NCBI GenBank assembly: GCA_964402425.1
Contig: CAYOCD010000005.1
Coordinates: forward strand, 6,064-70,063
DNA length: 64,000 bases
Direction of reading: 5' to 3'
Source of the DNA: an uncultured Gammaproteobacteria bacterium
Lineage (GTDB): Bacteria > Patescibacteriota > Patescibacteriia > UBA9934 > GWF2-40-263
Shown here piece after piece: positions 30,991 to 39,322 of this stretch. The notes beneath the pieces were generated by a model. The model did not search any database and had not been told where the DNA came from. It saw only the letters and a list, made by a program, of their open reading frames with translations. Position 1 is the first letter of the stretch. Every line of letters starts with the position of its first letter. The position numbers and the translations under genes were made by a program.

Positions 30991-31509
30991 TTAGGTGTGA
31001 TTGATCCACGCAAGAAGTGTGTCGATGTGCGAGCGCAGCACGTGATCGATCTCACCGATTATTTTGACGTACCGGTTCTCGTCTGTGTTCCCGCAAGGGT
31101 CCACGATATCGGATTGTTCCCCGGACAGCCCTGTGAACAATCGTGTTTTCGAACGTTCTTCAGGAAATTGCTTCGTGAGCGAATTTGGTGCTTCAGAAAG
31201 AACAGACGTGTCCATAGCAATGACGACGTCGGCTGCACGCATTGCCTGAAGGTTGATCGGTGTCGCGACATGTTCCGAGATGTCGATTTCGTAACGCTCA
31301 AGAACAGAACGTGCTGCGGCATATTCCGAAACATAGCCGGACAGATTTGGAAATTTTGTCGGTGTTGTTCCTGCAGAGCCTTTCAGTCCACACGATTGAA
31401 CCCGGATGACTTCAGAGAGGTTTTGTTCGATCAGGATTTTTCGCAGGAGATGTTCGGCGATCACAGAGCGTGAAATGTTTCCCAGGCAAACGAAAAGAAC
31501 TGTTTTCAT
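30991..31509 (-). CDS. Low-molecular-weight phosphatase (LMW-PTP/ArsC fold)
   Basis: VLFVCLGNISRS P-loop, ADVVIAMD, DIVDP. Confidence 0.88.
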   Translation of the reverse strand: MKTVLFVCLGNISRSVIAEHLLRKILIEQNLSEVIRVQSCGLKGSAGTTPTKFPNLSGYVSEYAAARSVLERYEIDISEHVATPINLQAMRAADVVIAMDTSVLSEAPNSLTKQFPEERSKTRLFTGLSGEQSDIVDPCGNTDENRYVKIIGEIDHVLRSHIDTLLAWINHT

Positions 31510-31615
31510 TGCGGCCTCTTATGGGCTGATTAAAACATTAGCCCATTTCGTTCTACTCGTTCAGAGATACGTTGTCAATTTCAAAAAAAATGAACACAAA
31601 CAAAAAACAGGTTGG

Positions 31616-32386
31616 TTAAACCTGTTTTATTTTTATGGATTGTACGAATTTTTTTGCGTTCGCCGGATCAATGCGTTGATCGTAGCCTCTTACATTTACT
31701 TCTTGTTTTTTTGCTGCTCCTTTTTTGAGGGCAGTGCTTACGATTGTTCCGTTTGCAAATTGGAAGAGTGCATTTACATTTTGTGCATCTGTTCCACTTC
31801 CGATGATGATGGGAAAATCCCCAACGGATTTTCTGACACGTTCAAGTTCATTTAAATCAGGTGCTTGTCCGGTCCATTTTCCTGTGATGATCAATCCATC
31901 AGAACCAGAGTTGATTGCTGCTTTTGCGGATTGTAAAATCGTTTTCTTTGAGAGGAGTTCAGCGTGCTTTACGTGAATGTCTGTAAAAATTGCAACGTGT
32001 TCTACACCAATGCGTTTACGATACGCAATGACTTTTTTTGCTTCGCCCTCAATAATTCCACATGCCGTTTTTACTTTATCGACAAATACAGGAATGCGTA
32101 TGAATTGAAGATTAAAAGTTTTTGCTAGAGAAAGAGCTGTTCGATAATCATTCCAGAGAACACTTACGCCGATAGGTAATTTTGTTTGTGGACGAATTTT
32201 TTCTATCAGATACGACATGGAAGTTATGATGGCTTGGTCAACAAATTCTGTGTGTGGAATGTCATAATTGTTTTCTAAAATGATTGCATCAAAACCGTCT
32301 GATTGAAACGCGGTCAAGTTTTTCAATGCAAAAGTAATGGGAGAGGTGTGATAAGGTCCTCGATTAAGCTGAATTCCTTGACACAT
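31616..32386 (-). CDS. BtpA/SgcQ family protein, possibly N-terminally truncated
   Basis: IILENNYDIP, GVSVLWND, DIHVKHA, GLIITG..TG, IIGSG motifs; the first ~17 residues do not resemble the usual IG.xH.xPL N-terminus. Confidence 0.75.
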   Translation of the reverse strand: MCQGIQLNRGPYHTSPITFALKNLTAFQSDGFDAIILENNYDIPHTEFVDQAIITSMSYLIEKIRPQTKLPIGVSVLWNDYRTALSLAKTFNLQFIRIPVFVDKVKTACGIIEGEAKKVIAYRKRIGVEHVAIFTDIHVKHAELLSKKTILQSAKAAINSGSDGLIITGKWTGQAPDLNELERVRKSVGDFPIIIGSGTDAQNVNALFQFANGTIVSTALKKGAAKKQEVNVRGYDQRIDPANAKKFVQSIKIKQV

Positions 32387-32447
32387 GAGTCAGAATGTGG
32401 TTTTTTGAACGTGGGCTCGCGCATATTTGCGAACTCAGGGAACGAAC

Positions 32448-32948
32448 ATGAGTTTTCTTGTCTTCTTGATCGTGCTTGTTAGCAGCGGTCAACCTGTAAA
32501 GAGTTTTGAAACTCTTTATGTCCATCACCTTGATCATTTCGATGCACCACGTCCGTATCTTTCCGATGCAGAATACATGAAACGTGTTTTTGTACAGGCA
32601 AAAAAGTCTGGTGCAACAAAGCGGCAAATGCAGCGACTGTATCGGATCGCGCATGAGGAAACAAAGAATAGTCCTCGGGCGTGTGGAAAAAATGGATGCG
32701 GTCCTTTTCAACAACGCGTTCGTTCATTGTCTGAAAGATATGTGAATACAGAATACGTTCGAAATTGGTTTCGGTGGTTGCTTACAAACAAGCCAGGCTT
32801 CGCCGCCACAACCGCACTCGACATGTTGCAACGATGTGAAAATCTCTCAGGAGAATATTGGCGCTGTTGTTACGGCGGTGCGTATCGGTCAGAGTGTCGC
32901 ATCAAATGGGATAAGAAGTATCGAAAAGAACAAGAAGAAAAGACCTAA
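32448..32948 (+). CDS. Secreted Cys-rich protein, possible lysozyme/SLT-like fold
   Basis: Signal peptide; IAHEET.N.PRA...GPFQ resembles lytic transglycosylase motifs I and II. Confidence 0.5.
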   Translation: MSFLVFLIVLVSSGQPVKSFETLYVHHLDHFDAPRPYLSDAEYMKRVFVQAKKSGATKRQMQRLYRIAHEETKNSPRACGKNGCGPFQQRVRSLSERYVNTEYVRNWFRWLLTNKPGFAATTALDMLQRCENLSGEYWRCCYGGAYRSECRIKWDKKYRKEQEEKT

Positions 32949-33038
32949 CGACCCCATCTTACTCAGATGGGATTTTTTTTATCAAAAAATCCTTCGAGTT
33001 TATCGAAAGATTTCTTATAAAAAGATAGATTTTAAATC

Positions 33039-33115
33039 TGGTGGCCCGAACTGGGGTCGAACCAGTGACCTTGGGCTTAGAAGTCCCCTGCTCTATCCAA
33101 CTGAGCTATCGGGCC
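33039..33115 (-). tRNA. tRNA-Arg(UCU)
   Basis: GGCCCGA/TCGGGCC acceptor stem, D-arm GCTC/GAGC, loop CTTCTAA, GGTTCGAC, CCA end. Confidence 0.9.
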
Positions 33116-33358
33116 AGGTTTTTTAAAATCCATCTTTTTGATTCTGAACGAAGTGTGCTTTATCCAAAACCGATGTTTCGGTCGGCTCCGCGACCTATCC
33201 GACAGCGTTGTGGTTGAGCTGCCAAGCCGTTTAGAAAGCACCAAAAATATATCGAATTTTTGTTGATTTGTCAATCAACTCCTGTCTTTATATCTTGACT
33301 TTTCGTGAAAAATCGGTAATGATCCATTTTAGGATTGCTCATTACAGGAGAAGAAACA

Positions 33359-33979
33359 ATGAAGCTTCGTCTGATTGGTCTCACAGGCAACATGGGTTGT
33401 GGGAAAAGTACGGTTGCGGAATTGCTCGCGAAATTTCCGGATGTGGTTGTGTACAACACAGATCTCCTTTGGAGAGAAATGTTGCATGAACCATTTACGC
33501 GTGGTTATGTCAGATTTCTGATCGGTGAACACGCATATGTTGATGGTGTTCCAGAGATCACGATCATCAGTAAAGTTATTTTTGCGGATGATGAAAAACG
33601 TGCGGCACTTGAAGCGTTTGCAGGGTTGCATCTCATGACAGAAATTGTAGATCGTGCCGGAAAATTGCCAGACAAAATGCACGTGATTGAAAATGCCATT
33701 TTGTTTGAAAGTGAGAGTCTGAAATATTTTCCTGAACCAATGGAAGTGATCGTTGCGATATGCGACGAAGAAGAACAACTTCGTCGTGTTCTCTCTCGCG
33801 AAATTCCAGGACGCCCGAATCTTACGCGTGCGCAGTTTAATGCACGTGTTGCAAAGCAGTGGCCGCAAGCAAAAAAAGTTGCTCTCGCGACGCATGTCAT
33901 TGATACGTTCTGTTCCCTTCCCGAGCTCGAAGGTCGAGTGAAGGATCTGTACGCTCAACTCATTGGAGAAAAATCATGA
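33359..33979 (+). CDS. coaE: Dephospho-CoA kinase
   Basis: IGLTGNMGCGKSTV P-loop, VIF.D..KR..LE, ENAILFE, QL.R...R. Confidence 0.85.
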   Translation: MKLRLIGLTGNMGCGKSTVAELLAKFPDVVVYNTDLLWREMLHEPFTRGYVRFLIGEHAYVDGVPEITIISKVIFADDEKRAALEAFAGLHLMTEIVDRAGKLPDKMHVIENAILFESESLKYFPEPMEVIVAICDEEEQLRRVLSREIPGRPNLTRAQFNARVAKQWPQAKKVALATHVIDTFCSLPELEGRVKDLYAQLIGEKS

Positions 33980-34515
33980 GTCATACAGTCGGTGTTTACG
34001 CGGGTTCGTTTGATCTGTTTACCAAAGGTCATTTATGGGTTGCGGAACAAGGATCGAACTTGTTTGATAAGCTCATTATCGCTGTTGCTGTGAATCCGGT
34101 GAAGGCAAAGAAAACCATGTTTACCGTTGATGAACGTCTTGCACAAATCCGTGCATGTACGTCACATCTTCCGAATGTGGAAGTAACATTCTGCGAAAAA
34201 AAGTTTTTGCATGATTATGTGATGAGTCTCAAGGCAAACTGGATTCTGCGGGGCATTCGTGGTCCGAAAGATTATGAAGCTGAAGCAAGTATGCAAGACA
34301 TGGTTCGCGAGGCGCTTGAAAAGAAAAAGTGTACGTACGATTTGCAAACCGCATTCGTTCGTCCTCCGCATGACGTAGCTGTTGTGAGTTCAAGTGCGGT
34401 CAAAGAACTGATGGGATTTGATGGATGGGAAGAATTGGTTGAACAATTTGTCTCGCCGGAAATTCTTGAGTTGGTTATCTTGAAATTCAAGGAGGTGCTC
34501 CATGCAAACGTTTAA
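33976..34515 (+). CDS. coaD: Phosphopantetheine adenylyltransferase
   Basis: VYAGSFDLFTKGH, NPVK, LRGIR..KDYE.E, VSSSAVKE. Confidence 0.88.
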   Translation: MSHTVGVYAGSFDLFTKGHLWVAEQGSNLFDKLIIAVAVNPVKAKKTMFTVDERLAQIRACTSHLPNVEVTFCEKKFLHDYVMSLKANWILRGIRGPKDYEAEASMQDMVREALEKKKCTYDLQTAFVRPPHDVAVVSSSAVKELMGFDGWEELVEQFVSPEILELVILKFKEVLHANV

Positions 34516-35164
34516 AATTGAACCCCAATTTGCGTGGAAACGGTTGTGTAAAGAATTGAGAGTTGAGGAGGTAGATATTCAACTTGGCTTTCAGGAATTC
34601 GTGCAGCGCTATGGCGAACCACATCGCGTGTATCACACGCTCGCGCACATCATGGATTGTCTTGAACAATTTGAGCTTGTGCGAGATCAGTGTGAATATC
34701 CGCTTGCTGTTGAGATGGCAATTTGGTTTCACGATATTGCGTACGATGTGCAACGAAAGGATAATGAAGCACAAAGTCAAAGAGCTGCTCTGAAATTTTT
34801 GCATCGAGCGTATGCACAACAACGTCCGTCGCAGGATTTTGAAAACATCATTGCACTTACCACCCAACATATATATTTCACTGGGCACACAAGAACAGCC
34901 GAAAACCAGGATACACACATCATGGTCGATATCGATCTTTCGATCCTTGGCCGTGATTGGGAAACATACGAGCGCTACACAAAACAGATTCGGGAAGAAT
35001 ACAAAACGGTGTTGAAACCACTGTATGTTCTTGGTCGCAAGAAAATCATGAAGACATTTCTCAGTCGTCCTCGTATTTTTTTAACGCCGTTCTTTTCGGA
35101 ACGCTACGAACTTCAGGCTCGAAAAAATATCGAGCGTGAACTGAAAGAGTTGAAATACTTCTAG
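34502..35164 (+). CDS. HD-superfamily metal-dependent phosphohydrolase
   Basis: YGEPHRVYHTLAHI, AIWFHDIAYD, NEAQS, DIDLSILG, IREEY. Confidence 0.85.
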   Translation: MQTFKIEPQFAWKRLCKELRVEEVDIQLGFQEFVQRYGEPHRVYHTLAHIMDCLEQFELVRDQCEYPLAVEMAIWFHDIAYDVQRKDNEAQSQRAALKFLHRAYAQQRPSQDFENIIALTTQHIYFTGHTRTAENQDTHIMVDIDLSILGRDWETYERYTKQIREEYKTVLKPLYVLGRKKIMKTFLSRPRIFLTPFFSERYELQARKNIERELKELKYF

Positions 35165-35233
35165 CCTACTCTTATGAGTAGGTTTTTTATTTTCCTGATA
35201 AAGAAAAAACACATCTGTTAAGATGTGTTGAGG

Positions 35234-36228
35234 TTAGAATGGCATGTCTTGCATGGCGAACTTGGTGCGCACACCAGATTTTTCTTCGATGGTGCGTGCG
35301 ATATTAACTACGGCTTCAAATGAAGCGTCTGGGTCATGGTGTGTGGTGATGATGAGCTTTGGTTTGGCAAGACGTGCATGTTCAGCGGCTGCTTCAGCGG
35401 TAATGTGTCCAAATCCTTTGCGGGTTTCGTACATCTTTTCATCGTACTGAACTTCGGTCACCACAACATCAGCTTCATCCCACAATCAACAATGTTTTTG
35501 TCATAGATGTGACCATGTTCGTGGTCTAGAGTAACGACAATCACTTTTCCACCCCAAGTGAAACGGTAACCGTACGCTTGGTTTGGATGATACATAGGCA
35601 AAACTTCGACCTTGATATCACCACCGATAGAGCATGATAGATGAAATGTTGAGTTTTCCTTTACGGTTGTGTACTTGCGCTTCGATGCGAGCCACACATG
35701 TTTGACCGGAAAGGTTGGCCAAGCGAATACGCGTTCTTCCATGACACGTTCAATTGAGTAACCATCGTGCATACCGCCAAAGAATTCAATCTCTGTATTT
35801 GGACTGTAGATAGGTTTGAACGACTGAATGCCGTAGAGGTGATCGCCGTGTACATGCGAAAAGATAACATAGATCTTGAGCGGTTTTTTTGGAGAGATGA
35901 GTCCTGCACTCATCATGGCTTTTCCAAGATACTCAGGGTGTGCATTATGTGTTTTGAGAAATTTACCCATGAAGTCATCGACTTCTCGCCAGGTAATTCC
36001 GGGTGTGAGGTGGTCTTTGATGAGCTCATTTCCAAGCCCAATGATTCCACTTCCTGTATCAAAAACAACAATCGTATCTGCAAACTTGAGTGTATGACAC
36101 GTAGTCTGTCCGCCCAGCTGTGGGTTATAAGACGCAAAGGAGCCTTGTGTACCATAGAAACGGCCGCGTGGCCTCATCAACTCCATCATTGTTTCGTTGA
36201 CAAGTGGTAATCCTAATGAGAGTGTCAT
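35234..36228 (-). pseudogene. MBL-fold metallo-hydrolase split by a single-base frameshift near 35485
   Basis: GGQTTC, FDTGSG, SHVHGDH, HP..AYGYR and DHEH in one frame; ADVVV.E.QY...GFGH...HHDP continues in another frame. Confidence 0.75.
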
Positions 36229-36530
36229 GGGTTTTCCTCCTGAAAATTGGAAGGTACTTCCGAGTGAGGTTCATTCCTCATTTCAGCAGGTAACACCATG
36301 TTCCCAGCTGAAGTAAAGATGAGAAACAGTAAGCAAATATCTTCTTTTTGTCAATGGATTTACTAAAGGTAAATCAAGCGACCCCATTTTTGCCACAAGA
36401 ACAGTTTAAAATGTTTGTCATAATTGAAAATACTGTTTGTCGAAGAGATCGACAACATGTAGGTTGTTCTAGAGCTTTATATATTGCCAATAATTCATCT
36501 ATCCTTTATAATCGTCCCGTTAGCCTTCAT

Positions 36531-36606
36531 GGCGGTCATGGTGAAAAGGTTATCACAGGGGTTTGTGGTACCTCTATTACGGGTTCAATTCCCGTTGACC
36601 GCCCCA
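36531..36606 (+). tRNA. tRNA-His(GUG)
   Basis: G-1 plus GCGGTCA/TGACCGC acceptor stem, loop TTGTGGT, GGTTCAAT, C discriminator and CCA. Confidence 0.93.
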
Positions 36607-36725
36607 CAAAAAAACTCTCGGTTTTTCCGAGGGTTTTTTTATTTTTATAGAACCGTTGACCAAAATGTTTTTTTTCTTTACACTCTGCCAACTGTCTCAA
36701 AAAGATGACAGTCGGAGTGTAGCTC

Positions 36726-37775
36726 ATGGTTGAAGTGATTAAGCGTTTCAAGTCGTTTCATCTGAGTCCATCTATTCGTGTGGGCGGTGGACACATCATT
36801 TCCTTGTGTGCACCACTTAGAACGCTCATGGCTTATGCCGCCATTCAGGAGTGGAATCCGCATCATATTGTTGCATTCGGTCAAAACGGTGCTGTGCCCG
36901 GATTGACGAAGGCGAGCATTGAGGCACACATGATTGTGATTGTGGGTGACCACAATATGGCAGATGTTGCTGGATCGATCGATAAGACGATTTTGCACGC
37001 GCTTTTGCAGGATGAATTCGACTACGCAAACATGATTGCAGGGTTTCACAACGGTGTTCAAATCGTGAACTTCGGAAGTGCTTTTGCAACAAATCCGTTT
37101 GGTGAGTACATCACGGACGTTTTGTTTAGGACGTTTTTTGATCGCGAGAATCAAGTTAAGTATTCGAGTGGTGTTTCAAACACGCTTTTGTTCATTGGTG
37201 GCGAGAAAGATCGCACGTTGTACGCAAAGATTGCGGGACGTGATGGAACTTATAAGATGTTGCCAAGTCCGTTCGCGGGTGTGGTGGAATCGCGTCATGC
37301 GGTGGTTGGTAAGAACATCTTGCTCATGGCTGGATTTGATCGCAAAGACATTTTTGCGATCGATGCAGAGTCGATCGTCGACTTTTTGTCAGAATCCGAA
37401 TCCGTGCTCATGTGGTCAGAACAGCGCATTGCTCACAGTATCGAAGATATTGCTGTGGTTGATGGTTCGCCCGACACGGTGATTCTCACGCTTTCGGACG
37501 GTTCGTTTCGTCTTGTGCCGATTACGGTTCGTTTTGTACAAGATAATCTTGTTCTCAATACGAGTACAGCAGAAGGAATCTGCCTTGAAGATCTTGGTGG
37601 CGAGATTCTCTCGCCGATCGTGCGCGTTGCGCACAATGGCCATCTCATCTTGGCAGATCGTCACAACACCTCTGCCCTTTTGCGGTTTGATCGCTCAACA
37701 AATTTCGGTCCGAAGTTTGTGGACATGGTTCGTCGCACAATGATGCGTAAACTTTCCGCACATTCTCTTAGCTAG
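36726..37775 (+). CDS. Hypothetical protein (349 aa, beta-rich)
   Basis: Long ORF with GGAG SD and downstream hairpin; no family recognised. Confidence 0.7.
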   Translation: MVEVIKRFKSFHLSPSIRVGGGHIISLCAPLRTLMAYAAIQEWNPHHIVAFGQNGAVPGLTKASIEAHMIVIVGDHNMADVAGSIDKTILHALLQDEFDYANMIAGFHNGVQIVNFGSAFATNPFGEYITDVLFRTFFDRENQVKYSSGVSNTLLFIGGEKDRTLYAKIAGRDGTYKMLPSPFAGVVESRHAVVGKNILLMAGFDRKDIFAIDAESIVDFLSESESVLMWSEQRIAHSIEDIAVVDGSPDTVILTLSDGSFRLVPITVRFVQDNLVLNTSTAEGICLEDLGGEILSPIVRVAHNGHLILADRHNTSALLRFDRSTNFGPKFVDMVRRTMMRKLSAHSLS

Positions 37776-37856
37776 ACAGACCCTTTCCTCGCAATCTCAT
37801 GCGGGGATTTTTTTAAATAAAAAACCCCACAAAATATTGTGGGATGAGGATCGACA

Positions 37857-38306
37857 TTATGTCGATAAGGCAGGAAGGACTCCTCCAGAGTTCTCAAACA
37901 CGGTTCCAGGGTTTGCTCCACAGACAAAGCAGTAGATTGGAACTATTTCCGGATCCGCAAAGGTTGCAAGACCACAGTTCGGACAATAGTCTGAGCTTGG
38001 GGTAAGAAGGGTGTGTAATGTGCGACCCCAGTCCCCTAATGTGTGGAGGTGATGACGAGCACACCACTCCATCAGATGTTTGTGACACGTTTCATTGAGC
38101 CCTACAAACACAACGTTTAGATCGGGAGAGAGATCTGCTGCGAGCAAGAGCTTGCACCTACGTGCGAGTTCGAGCATGGATGGATTGCGTTCATCTGCGT
38201 CGAAATGAATGATACACATGGTCATAAGCTCCTTCATTCGAATTTGTTTCGCGATTTGTTGCGTTTTGGAAAATGGGCAGTGGGTCGTTTCAGTTTGAAG
38301 GAACAT
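37857..38306 (-). CDS. Hypothetical protein with C-terminal zinc ribbon
   Basis: AAGGAGG SD; CPNC...CFVC. Confidence 0.65.
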   Translation of the reverse strand: MFLQTETTHCPFSKTQQIAKQIRMKELMTMCIIHFDADERNPSMLELARRCKLLLAADLSPDLNVVFVGLNETCHKHLMEWCARHHLHTLGDWGRTLHTLLTPSSDYCPNCGLATFADPEIVPIYCFVCGANPGTVFENSGGVLPALST

Positions 38307-38388
38307 ATGAGCCTCCTTGAGGCGTTGTAGAGAGTTTCTTTTCCAGCTTCAAGATAAGCATAACCGATCTCTGTAAAGACAAAAGAGG

Positions 38389-38411
38389 TGTTGTCGACTT
38401 TTTCGACAACA
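38389..38411. promoter_or_regulatory. Palindromic operator candidate
   Basis: Perfect TGTTGTCGA-N5-TCGACAACA in the divergent promoter of the second TrmB gene. Confidence 0.6.
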
Positions 38412-38449
38412 TTTTGACTTCTGAATCATGGCATGAGATTCTAGAATAT

Positions 38450-39223
38450 ATGCATATGAACTACACATCTGACATTCTTAAAGGACTCGAGGCCTTTGGT
38501 CTTGACGAAAAAGAAGTCAAAGTTTATCTCGCTGGTCTTGAAATGGGAACTGCGACCGTGCTTGAGCTCTCTCGTCGAACAGAATTACCAAGAACTACGC
38601 TCTATCCTATTCTTGAAAGACTCGAACAACATGGAGTGTTTAAGGTTGGTAGACAAAAAAATACCACGGTTTACATTGCAGAGCTTCCGGACGTATTGAA
38701 TCGTCAGCTCGAGGATCGTGCGACTCTTTTTTCCAAAACACTTCCCGCCCTTCAAACGATTCGTGGATCTGTGAACGAAGGTCCGGGTGTAACGTTTTAT
38801 GAAGGGTCAGATGGATTTAAGCGTGTATGGAAAGCGATTATCGGATCTGGGGTGAAAGAATATCGATTGATCACAAGTGGAACGGGTTTACTCGATTATG
38901 TTAAAGAACCGTACATTGTAAAGCGTGTGATTGCAGAACGTTTGCAAAAGAAAATTTTGAGTAAGCAGCTTATTCCGGAATCGCGCGATGCTCGAAAGAT
39001 TGTGGAGAAAGATAAAGAAGAGTTACGTGAATCACGATTCCTACCGGTTGGAACCGTGTTGCCCTCTACCGTTATTATCTTTGCAGATCAGGTGGCATTT
39101 ATTACAACACGTAAAGAAAATACGATGATTCTGCTCGCCTCTGGCGATGTTGCGCTCACGTATAAAACATTATTTGAGTTGATTTGGGAGAAAGCGGATA
39201 AGGGAGAGAGCAAAAAGGTCTGA
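38450..39223 (+). CDS. TrmB-family transcriptional regulator (second paralogue)
   Basis: FGLDEKEVKVYLAGLEMG...LPRTTLYPILERL, VTFYEG..G. Confidence 0.85.
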   Translation: MHMNYTSDILKGLEAFGLDEKEVKVYLAGLEMGTATVLELSRRTELPRTTLYPILERLEQHGVFKVGRQKNTTVYIAELPDVLNRQLEDRATLFSKTLPALQTIRGSVNEGPGVTFYEGSDGFKRVWKAIIGSGVKEYRLITSGTGLLDYVKEPYIVKRVIAERLQKKILSKQLIPESRDARKIVEKDKEELRESRFLPVGTVLPSTVIIFADQVAFITTRKENTMILLASGDVALTYKTLFELIWEKADKGESKKV

Positions 39224-39322
39224 AGAAAACAAAGATACGAGCTGATTCGTGTCTTTTTTTATTCCTTTCCTCCCCTTTTACCCTTTCCGCCTTTTCCACC
39301 CTTCTGTTAAACTGTTCCGTAC

